The notes below the pieces were generated by a model. That model did not search any database and was not told the DNA's origin. It was given only the letters and a program-made list of their open reading frames with translations. A DNA stretch of 63,829 nt, the filler included, from Atractiella rhizophila (lineage: Eukaryota): NCBI GenBank assembly GCA_021432655.1. It is 4 parts of 4 records of this genome, joined end to end, with 100 filler letters (N's around TTAATTAATTAA, not from the genome) between each part and the next. Parts side by side here need not be neighbours in the genome. Positions count along the whole stretch, not along the records: positions 23,653 to 43,198 come from MU271804.1; 3 more parts are not named here. One strand, given 5' to 3'. The stretch's first letter is position 1. Every line of letters starts with the position of its first letter. Of this stretch, positions 25,407 through 36,257 are shown piece after piece. The translations under genes were made by a program, and so were the position numbers.

Positions 25407-27663
25407 ATGGGAATCAAAGGCCTCACGAATTTGATCGCGGATGTGGCTCCAAAAGCCATGAAAGAGGCGGAAATCAAGACGTTGTTTGGAAGGAAAGTTG
25501 CCATTGACGCCAGCATGTCTATTTATCAGTTCCTCATTGCTGTAAGGCAACAAGATGGTCAACAACTCATGAATGATGCGGGAGAGACCACGAGGTGCGT
25601 GTCTCCACGCGTTCTTATGGTATTCTTGGGGTAGAGGATTGATTCAGGAACGACGTGTAGTCATCTAATGGGGCTGTTCTATCGGACTATAAGGATGGTA
25701 GAGAACGGCATCAAGCCTGTCTACGTGTTTGATGGGAAGCCGCCTCAGCTCAAGAGTGGAGTGGTGCGTTCCAATTTCGAGTTGTGTTCATGAAAAGGTT
25801 AAGATTAAGAGCTATGTCGTGGTACGTAGTTGAGCAAGCGGTTTGAGAAGCGGGAGGAGGCAAAGGAAGAGGGAGAAGATGCTAAGGAAATTGGTCAGTC
25901 TGTTTCCTCCGATTTAGATAGTCGAGGTTCTTGGGAGATGATGGCGTGAAGGGGGACACGACGCACAACTGCATTCATGGCTCTATGTGCACCAGCATTT
26001 TCGCTCGTAGTAGAGCCATTTCCTGTTTAGTGGAAGCCATGTTTGCTTATTCTGAGTATACGTGCCAATGCAATGGCTGCCCTTTATTTCATGAAAGAAA
26101 CTGAAAACTTTGTCTATGATATCTTTCTCTCAAGTGGAGGAAGAATGGTTGATGTCAATCTCTGTCTTAAAGCCCGTACATTATATCAGAATCTAACTGC
26201 CTCTCTCCTTAACCCTCCCACTCCTCCTCCTTCGCCTCCTCATTCGTCACCACAAATACATTTACGTCGTCCGATACTGGAACGCATACCTCTCCTCCGA
26301 CCACCAACGGTGCCACAAATACCACAATATACCTCGTTGTCTCCAACGAACTCTTTCGAATACCACCTGGCTCGTCTACGACAACACCTGCCTCCGGAAA
26401 TTACAACGGCGAACGCTGTACCCTCGCCATCACCGCCGGATGACCCAATGGGTTCAATATCATCTTCTGCATCGGACTGTGTCCAATTTTCGCCCGAATC
26501 GATATCCGCCTCTTCGCCTGACATCGCTCTACCGTCGAACCCACCTTCGTTACCCCCGCTTGTACCTCTGTCTCCTGCGGATGCATCAATGTTGGACCTG
26601 CTGACAGGTACGACGGAGGATATTGATAAGCTATCGAGAAGACAGGTGAAGGTTACTAGGGAGCACAATGAGGAATGCAGGAAGCTGCTCAAACTTATGG
26701 GAATTCCTTATATCGATGTGAGTTAACACTCGTTACGGGAAGGAAACGAAAATTGAGGCGAATGTGTGAAGGCACCAAGCGAAGCGGAAGCGCAATGTGC
26801 TGAACTTTGTCGAGGAGGAATCGTGCGTCTCTCTAATCCTGTTCAAATAAAAGTGTTGAAGATGCGCATAGGTTTATGGCGCCGGTAGCGAGGACATGGA
26901 TACTTTAACCTTCAATTCACCTATTCTACTTCGCCATCTCACTTTCTCTGAGGCTCGCAAGATGCCGATCAGCATTATCAAACTTGAAGATGTATTGAAA
27001 GGGATGGACATTAGCATGGACACCGTTTGTTAGCTCACTCCCAATCGTTTCAGTGCTAATTCTTTTGGATGCGCCAGTTTATCGATCTCTGCATGCTGTC
27101 AGGATGCGACTACCTCGAACCTCTGAAAGGAGTCGGAGCGAAGAAAGCGTACAAGATGCTTCAGGATCACGGCGATATCGAATCCGTTCTCGAGCATTTG
27201 AAGGGTTCGAAGAATCCGCCGCCCGATGAATGGCCCTGGCAAGAGGCAAAAGAGTTGTTCAAGAAACCAGATGTCATCCCTGCTGACCAGTGCGATGTAA
27301 AGTGGGACAAACCTGATATTGAGGGGCTGGTTGATTTCTTGGTGAAGGATAAGGGCTTCAAGTTTGTGTCTCCTTCGTCCAAAGAATGCTCACAGTGCTG
27401 ATGCTGAAGGGGACAGCGAGGACCGTGTTAGGAAAGCAGCAGAGAAAATCAACAAACAGATGAATGCTCCACAACAGGGTCGGCTTGACGGCTTCTTTAA
27501 AGTCCAGCCTTCAACATCTTCAGGTAACACAAGTAAAAAGGAGAAGGAGAAGGAAAAAGGCAAGAAACGCAAAAAAGGAGATGATGAGGAAGAAGGAAAG
27601 AGCAAGAAGAAGCCTAAGGTGGACGATAAGAAGGGGAAGAAGAAAGTGAAAGGAAGTGGATAG
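25407..27663 (+). CDS. FEN1: Flap endonuclease 1
   Basis: [62 protein letters not shown] box QGRLDGFF and a basic tail. Confidence 0.97.
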
Positions 27664-27996
27664 ATCTTGTCCTACATTAGTGTTTCGATTTTCGTTTCTT
27701 GTGTATGGGTATAGGATCAATTGGTGTTCCGATAAGTTAATTTTTGTCGCATTGTAATCGCATAACACCCTTGGTCATTCAATTAGCGGCGCAAGTACAA
27801 ACACATGCCACAATGGAGTTCGACAAAAAAATGATTTGAGACGAAGAATGGTTAACGATGATGTGTGATTTGGGTATCCTTGGAACATCCTAGTCGTGAA
27901 ATTGATAGCTCAAAGTATCCTTGTGCAAGAGGTCAAATGTGTAGAAAGAGGTGAGACGGGAACTTAGGGGTGTGCTAGAAAGAGAAGGGACAAAAC

Positions 27997-30900
27997 TCAG
28001 AATCTTTGACGTTTGCTTCTTCTTCCTTCTAGGCTCTCTCCTATCCGCTTGGTAAACATGGCCTGCAGGCAGGGCTCGATGATTGGCTAGTGGGTATATC
28101 AGAGAGACACTGAGGATTGAGAAACTGGGCAGCTAACCGTTGCCTTCATGACCAGCGGTGTCGGCGACAAAACACGCGCCGTAACTACCTCCGTTGTAAT
28201 TGCTTCCGCCTTCAGGCATAAAAGGTCTCGAAATGCAACTTCGAGGGCGAAAGTGGAACTTTTCGAACCACCGAACTCGAAGCGGTTTCCTTTTTGTGAA
28301 TCAGCTCGTTTGAATCGCAAAATATATGCGTATGAAGCCTGGCAAATGTTCAATAGATGCGAATTGGTGATTTTGAAAGGTACCTTGAGCGCTCGAATCG
28401 TTTGCTGACCGAATATTGGGGTTAGCAATACAGAAGAGGACACTGTAGCTGGGTTGCGCGTAAACTTTTCTGAAATTCGTGAGAATTCCTGTTTCAATCG
28501 GAGATTGGATTTGTTATAACGAGAAATTTTCAAAAATTCCTCAAAGCACGACTAACAAGCTCATGAGTATTCACTAAATTTGAGAAAGCAAGCAAACAAT
28601 CTTACATCCACCGATGCTCGGATTTTTGCTAGGTCGGACTGTAGGACGGCATCATTTTTTGCAAATCTCTCCATTGCATACCAGTAGTCTGAAATGTCAA
28701 GATCTTCAGTGCTAACGACGGTACCGAGACCTTTCTCCAGAAGCTGTTCAAACTCGCTCTGAAAATTCGCGCAGCCTTTAAGGATGTCATCCATCACAAA
28801 ACTAGGCAAGTCATCTCGTCGGGCTGCCAAAATGAAGATAAATACATAGGGCAACGAAATGAAATGACTGACCCGGATAATTACTAATCTGGTCGTTCTG
28901 CTGGGAAGATTTGGTCTGTGAGCGTCGTTTCTTTGTCGCCAAGTCTTCAGTGTGGTATTTGGGCATATTGCCTCCACCGGCACCGTGGCGTTGGAGGATT
29001 TGTTTGAACTCGGCATACTTCCCGTCCTTCAATACTAATCCCTGTTTTCTAGCATCTAGCGTCTGCTCGTACAGCTAAAAAAAAGGGAGTCGGCAAAGCA
29101 AACAAGACAGAAAAGAACGCACCCAGCCGGCTTCCATGGCGAGCGGGTGGTCAATGCCTAATATGTACTGTAGCCTGCAAGACAATCCCTGATTAGCTCC
29201 GTATGCATGAACCAGGGAGCGTACTTCGTTTGAGCATTGGAAACTGTTCCCTGTCAGTCAAGATCAGACGATTGGCAACAAGAACGTACAGAATCCAAAT
29301 TGCTTCTCCTGAAAAATGTGTTCGATAAGCTTCTTTGATAGCCACTGTGGATCTCGAGCCTTCTCGTCGCTCAAGACTTGCTGAACAGTCTGTTGGTCAA
29401 AATCAAAATAATCCTACTAATTGCGTCAGAGCACATTCGGGTGTGAGGTTTGTTCTTACCTCTGCTTTCCAAGGAGGTGAGGCGGATCTTCTCAGTGCAT
29501 CTTCTGAGTGTGCCTGGAAAGCATCCACAATTTCTCGATCCCAAATTACCGTCACCTTATCGCCTTCGACGAGGCATCAACGCAATCGTTAGGGAAAGGA
29601 AGACAAGAAGAACCATCGTAGTCTCCGCCTGACAAATAGTCACATTGAGGTCGGCTGCCGCAGTTCGCAACGATCAGGACGTCATGATACCCACAACGCA
29701 AGAGGTCCGGATGTTTGACTGCTGTCAGCTTTTGAACTCCCGTTGGGTGGGTGACAGGGGAGCTTGATGGTAGCTGTTATCTTAGCCCCTAAGGAAGTTT
29801 GAGAATCTACTGACCGAAGAACGAGCACAGATCCTTCCAGTGACAAAGTTTTCCTTCTTGAGACTGGAAAACTCTTCAGTCAAAAGACTTTGCGGGAAAG
29901 GCACTTCACCTGGATCGATGAACGGCTCTGAAAATACTAACTGGATTTGACCAGGCTCTAACACGCCAATCTGTAACTGTCTCAGTGAATGCAAGAGTTT
30001 CCAGAGACGCTGACAGGATCTATCCGATGCGGCGGGGCATCCATCAGCACAGTTACACTAAATTTAAGAGTACTTGCCAACTACAATAAAACCGAACCAT
30101 GACAGCGGAAACGATATCCGAAAATCAAGAGCGTTTCTGATGACCTTCTGCCCGAACTTGACCAACTTCCCTGCTAGTGCCGCATCTGTTCGCGGGTCGA
30201 ATCCAGCTCTTAACAGCTGTATGCAGACTTCCTCGATATTTTCTGGTGCTCTAATTTTCTAAGAAGTTTTATCTGGTCTACAACAATTCACGCACTGGCA
30301 GTACCTCTCGAACCTATCTCGATAGTTCAGTCCATTATCTGCTTCCATGAAGATATCGTCGTTTGACAGAGTTCGCGAAGGTGCTGAACGTAGATCTGCT
30401 CTCAGCCCCTCCATCCGAATACTATACATGAGTGTCAGTGGCGAATCTTCGACAGATAATAAGCCAAAGGATGGTAATACGGACAACATAACGTTGCCTA
30501 GCTTTTCGATGCGTTCGATCAACGAATTCGTATCTTCCTATTTGAACTTAGACCAATTCCTAAAAACTTCGTGCGACTAACCCAGTGTGTGAGAGCTTCA
30601 GTCTTTCGTTCCAAATCTTCTCGAACTCTCTTGACGAACAGTTCATTTGGCACTCCGCTGTGTGCGAAGAACTGCAGCTTTCAATTAGGGTTCTTGTCAG
30701 AACGTCGAATCAGCGAGGCGAACCGGAATTGCCTGCTTGCCGACTGCAGAGGCACCGCCGGGTGTGGAAAAGTCGTTCACTTCCAGTACAAATTTATCCT
30801 CTCGACGCTCGTTCCACTTCGCTTGGGAGTCTCGAATCTCGATCCATGCTTCTTCAATATCTTCCTCCCGTGGATCCTCTAACCACAAACCTTTCACGCA

Positions 30901-32790
30901 TGTCAGACTACATATTTCTGTAAAGGGAAGTCATGTACCTTTGGCACAGCCACATCGGGCTTGTACGACGGCTAGAGCTTCCCTTAAGCGAAGAAAATTT
31001 GATAGAGGAGAAAGCTTGCATGGGACTGAGGACTCCTTTAGACATTCTGCCATCCTCCGGAATGCTCCTTTAGACATCAATCCACACCCGTCGGTCATTT
31101 CCATGTGTCTCTCCGGCTCTGGACTCTGGACTTGCAATACTTCATCGTCCGAAAATATGACAGGCAAGCCTTCGACCTCGGTTCCCTCCAAATTTGTAAA
31201 CACAGGTACTAGAGTGACTCTACTTTTATCCGCCTCATTCTGGCTGAGAAGAGAAGAACGCAGTTCAATTTTTTCTCGTGTCTTCAGCCGTCGATGATTT
31301 TGCTCGAGATCCGTCCACCACGTCCGTTTTTCTCCATTAGGATATCTAGCGGCTATTGTACCTAGAAATATGTCTACATCACTTCCTAATATCAGAGATA
31401 TAGTGACGGACTCGGAACATAATCAAGATTCAGCGCGTCTTTCATCCGCTCCATCCCTTCCATTGAAATCCGCAAGCTGGTATTAAATACGTCCGGCACC
31501 CTCCTCACATTCTTCAACTCGAAACCGAACGCCTTAGCCGTTTTAGACAAACCCAAATCAAAACGGGCAGTGAACTTTGCCCATTTCATCGCACCGTTTA
31601 AATTCGAAGCTATGTGATTCCTGACGAAGGCAAGGAGGGTCAGACGGCGACATCGTGGATCTAGAAGTAGCGGATGGGTGTTGGTCGCGAAGTAGAAAGC
31701 GTGAGAATCTTTGACCGCGACTGGACGGTAAATTCGTCCGAGGAAGAAGATCGGTTTGATGAGGAGCGAGTGGATAAATTCTCTTGGTTTTCGGCTCGAG
31801 ATCACCCTTTCGAGACATTCGGTGTAGGTGAGGGAGAGAAAGCGATCTGTTCCACAATATCGGCGGTAATCGGTGTAAGCTTTGATGACGGAAAGCTGTC
31901 GTGAAGACGCACCACTCCCTCTTGTAGGCCCTTCCCGGGCAAATCGGTAGCCGTCATCCCAACTCGGTGGGCTGAGGGAAATCGATATTTCTGGCATCGA
32001 CTTGTCCTCATAATGAATGCGTCCTCTAAAATGGATGAAACCATCGTCCATGGCACGTTCTTCCATTCCTTCTGCAGCTGATCCCAAGCTATTGAAGTCT
32101 GGACGAAGGCGCCTCCAAAGACCAGACGGGGCTGTCTCTGGCTTCTGGGTCGAAATCAGCCTGTGCAACTTTCCGGAGCGGATTGACGTACAATTGCCCG
32201 TTTCTCGCGATGGGCCATCCGAGCTGGGGATGATGAGGGACTACTGAATAAGGGATTGAGAGTCATAAACTCGTTCTCTGCCTCCAACACAGCTTCATCG
32301 TCTGAAGAATTGAGCTCTTCGTCGTCCGTGTCAGGAATGGTGATCACTTCTCTCTGCTGGGTAGATCTCTCGCTCGTAGAGACAGAAGTAGACCTTGTGG
32401 TTGAGGTGGATGAACTGATGGAAGGAGAGTAGGCATTTCTCATGATATCGTAGACATGTTCGGTCTCTGCGACATCGAGTCTTTCGTAGATCGAGCTGTC
32501 GGCTTCGAGCTGAGACAGAGAAAGAGGTCCGATAGGTTCGAGCCAGCGTTCAATTTCGTACCGCTTAAGCGACGTGAAAGATTGGATGCTTTTGAGGTGC
32601 TTTTCAGAATAGATGTTGAGTTGAATGCATTCTAATCCCCATATTGCAGAGCGAGTGGGTGCCCAAGTGATACATCAATCGGGAAGAACCCACCACCATC
32701 GTCCGTCTCCTTCAATCCCGGCACACCTCCAAGAAAGAATCCAACAGGTTTCGCCCATCCCTTTTGTCTCTTTTCTGGCCTGGCTTGCAT
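27997..32790 (-). CDS. Eukaryotic RNA-dependent RNA polymerase (RNAi; QDE-1-like)
   Basis: DRFL, FFLGRIY, KFTARFDLGLSKT, MTDGCG, VVQARCGCAKG, GVLEPGQI, and catalytic SGGDYDG/D split by an intron near 29610. Gene ends are approximate. Confidence 0.9.
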
Positions 32791-33126
32791 AATTGAGGGA
32801 GACTGCGAACAGATTTTGAGCAAAAGCTCGAGCCTAGCGGAGGCAGTGATATACGTGTACAAAGCAGCTGATGAGGTGTCTTGTTCAGGGTAGTGTTCCT
32901 TGTTTATGGAGGCAGAAAAGAGGTAGCTCGGGAGGAGCGAACGCTGAGGATGCCATCAAAGTTTCGGTTTCGACGTGTTGACCATCCTGACCAACGCGTA
33001 CAACAGTCGGCCTTCTGTTAAACAAACAAACTTTATTAACTTCCGCACAAGTGACTGTCTACCCTTGATGCTCAGCAAGCTGTGGCCCAGCAAACGTGCG
33101 AATAGAAGGGAGAACCTAAGCTGAGA

Positions 33127-34227
33127 ATGTTTCAAGCAAGACCTAATCTCTCGATTTGGGTTGGTTGTCGAAACCTTTCCATTCTCCGAAAAAGCATTTC
33201 GACAAGTACCAGGACAACGCTGTCGCGCCTGCCTCGCAGTTCACGGTCGCGCCATCGCTTGAAGGTATGAAGCGTGGCCTTCTCAAGTCCATTGCTGAGC
33301 TTCACAACAGATCTACCACCACGCGCCATACCACTACAACCTCGTCGGCGGACAAATCAGTCGGTATCGAACGACGCCATGGTCCAGCGCCCGTTCACGA
33401 CTTCCCAAGAAGACTCATGTCATCCGTAAGGCTTTGTTCACCATCACCGCCCTCCCCGTTCCGCCATCAAAACTGCACCGGAAGACTATCCAAAGGGTGC
33501 ACATCCTCCTCTTAGCTTCCAAAGGACTGCATCCGAAGGCATGTGGTCGAAAGCTCGTCAAGCGCCGTCTGGTGGAAGCTCTTCGCTTGTATGCTGCTGG
33601 TGTGAAGGTGGACAACGCGTGGAAGGAGTTGAAGAGGTGGACAACAGAGTGGCATCAGAAGAGGGCGACCGCGCTCGAAAAGAGGAAGAAGGTGCCGGGG
33701 AGCATTGGGAAGGGTTCGTCGTATGGACAGCTGTTGGAGAAGGTGGAAGATGAAATTCGAATGGATTTGGAGAAGCCGAAAGAGAAGAGTCTGAACGTGG
33801 AGCAGACTCTGATGAAGGAGCCGGGGACGAGGGACAGGATACCTCAAGGTGTTTCCTACTCCTCTCCTGCTCTGAAACCGAGCTAGAATAAGGAAACAGA
33901 TTATCATTACATTTTCTTCCCAACACAACAAGTGTTGACGGCACCAATGGAGATATTGATCGACCAAATGGATCAGGTCTTTGTGTGTTCCTTTCAGGTT
34001 CACTTTCGCAGTCCTAGCGACTGACTGTTGAACAGAGTACGCTGAAGCATGCCATTGAGCAAGAGTCAGCCGGGAATAAACAAGACCGTTGTCCTCCAAT
34101 ACATCCAATGGAGCCTAAGCAACTCAAATCGTCACTTCCAAAACTGGAGTGGGAGAGTCGACTTCCCGCCAGCCTTTCACAGAAAGCAAAAGGGCTCGAA
34201 CACGGCGGTCTCACGCACACAAAGTGA
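33127..34227 (+). CDS. Mitochondrion-targeted protein with a bacterial RNase P protein (RnpA)-like domain
   Basis: R/S/T-rich presequence-like exon 1 (33127-33264); HILLLASKGLHPKACGRKLVKRRLVEAL resembles the RnpA SKK..KAVxRNRxKRRLRE motif; a later exon gives DYHYIFFP. Confidence 0.6.
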
Positions 34228-34306
34228 CAGTAAATGGTTCGTTTTCACAATACTCATTACGACCAATACTCGATACTGACACGAACTTTTGTTTCAATAA
34301 TCTATC

Positions 34307-36084
34307 TCAACCAGAAAGCAGGCTCTTCCTCTTGCTCGTCTTCTCGCTCCCTCCCACGCTCGGCATTCGTGCATCCTCGTCCAAATCGTCGTACTTCTTC
34401 TTCAAGTAATCGAATCCCGCGTTGCCCACTCGGTATCCAAAGTCGGAACAGACGACTATGCCTCCTACGATGCCTGCGAGCCGGATGAGGAGGTACGAAA
34501 GCGTGCCTGTCCGTTCGCGGATCTCCACCATCAGGGGTTCGATGTCGTACTAGTCGATGTTCAGGTCAGAAGGAAGAAGGATGTTGGGCAGGGGAAGATA
34601 CGGACTTTGAAGAATATGCCGGGCACCCCTCGCCCGTGTGTGGTTTTTCGAGACATGTCTGTCACGGAGTACTGGTTGGTGTCGATAAGGAAGTTTCTGG
34701 AGTCGATGTAGCGGGTAGAGACGACAGAAATGAAATATTGGAACTGCACATTTCAGTCTCAGCTCGCACTATTCTAGAGCGAGAAAACGGGGTATCGTAC
34801 GATGTGGAAGTCTGCGACAGTCGAACAATCATTCATTTTGCTGAGTGGGTGAAAGAAAGAAAAGACATACGCGCATCTGTTGTCTCCAGGGACAAATCCA
34901 GAGGCTGGCTAATTTTTGGAAAGTACGGTCCAAACGAGAACTCGTTGATGACATGACTGAGGTTCATCACTGTTCCATCCGACCACCACGCGTCAGCCCT
35001 CAGCCGCTCTCTTTATCTCTGAAGGAGGAAAATCAACAAAACGCACATTGATGATCCGTATGCTCCCAACTCAGGTATCCATGTCCCAACGTCGTGATGT
35101 GCAAGTTCCCCGTGACCTTCTTCACATCGATGCTCCCGTAGATTCGACACGCAGGCCCATCCTCCACCGGGTTCTGCGTCGCGGCGAACACGCGCTGATT
35201 CGAGCGTGCGTCCCGCACTTTCGCTCCTACTCCTGGGTCGCCAATGGTTGGGAGGGAGGACATGCGGCGGGCGGAACCGGTTTCGAATGAGGTCTGGGAG
35301 GAATGGTCAGTGTGAGTTTTGTTCTGTGGTGTGAACCTGCGAAAGGAAAGAAGGAATTTTGTTTCTGATTCTGAAGCACTTTGACTCTCCTTTCAAACTA
35401 GCTAGACACGGAGTTCAGGATTTGCAGTTACTGGCTCTGTTAAATACCCATTTCTCTCATACAGAAAAGCCACAAGGTTGCCGTATGTTCAAAGTAGCAG
35501 ACATATGCAGAGTCTATCGTTCTCTCCTTTAATTACTTGACTACGGAGCCAAAGGATTGGTCGCGCAGTCAAAACACAACGCTGGAGTGCATGCGTATCT
35601 GCACTTGTTGAGGTGCAGTGACGGTTCAAGAGACTGGTTAACATCAGAATGGCAGCCTTTAAGGGCAGAGAGCTACCACTGAGGTGCCGTCCCGGTTTAT
35701 TGAGAATGCCACAGCTTCTCTTTCCAGTGTTCCAATTTTCCAACGCCATGGACTACTAAGCAAAAGACTCACTCCTTCCTTCTTCAGCCCATCCGAAACA
35801 TGGAGTCTATCTCCCACTGCATCCCTGACATCCACGCTCAAATAATGACATGGCATTGCCACCGTAAGGTCCACATTAATCTGCAACATCTTCCCTATGC
35901 CCTTATCGACACTGAAGCTCCACCTCGGCTCGCCCCATATGTATTCGTTGAGTTCGTGTGCCACGAGCCAGAAGATGAGCAGGGCAACGAAGACGGTCGC
36001 GACGCCTCCGCGGGAGCTCCGTTGGCGGTAGGTTGGAAGGGTCTTTGGGAAGGCATCGAATTCGCGGATTGGCGGGAGGTCCAT
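34307..36084 (-). CDS. ERV41: ER-Golgi vesicle protein Erv41 (ERGIC family)
   Basis: FDAFPKT..SRGG, LQINVDLTVAMPC..VDVRDAVGD, ACRIYGSIDVKKVTGNLHIT, FQYFISVV, VPGIFFKYD and LIRLAGIVGGI. Confidence 0.9.
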
Positions 36085-36257
36085 GGCCTGATGGCCGCAG
36101 GAGAGAGAAGTGCTGGGAGGCTGCTGTTGGTGGGAGTCGTGGCAATTGTTCACGATTCCGCCCGCCAAACACGTCCACGAAAATCGTGACTTCCACTTCC
36201 AGCAAGAAGGATATAGTCAGGAATATCTGCTGCGTTGTGACAGCAGAAGGTAAGGAC

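Noticed and set aside
26205..26220. TAACCCT resembling a telomerase RNA template within the FEN1 intron
   Set aside because: Too short (less than 1.5 repeats) and explained by Leu-Asn-Pro codons.
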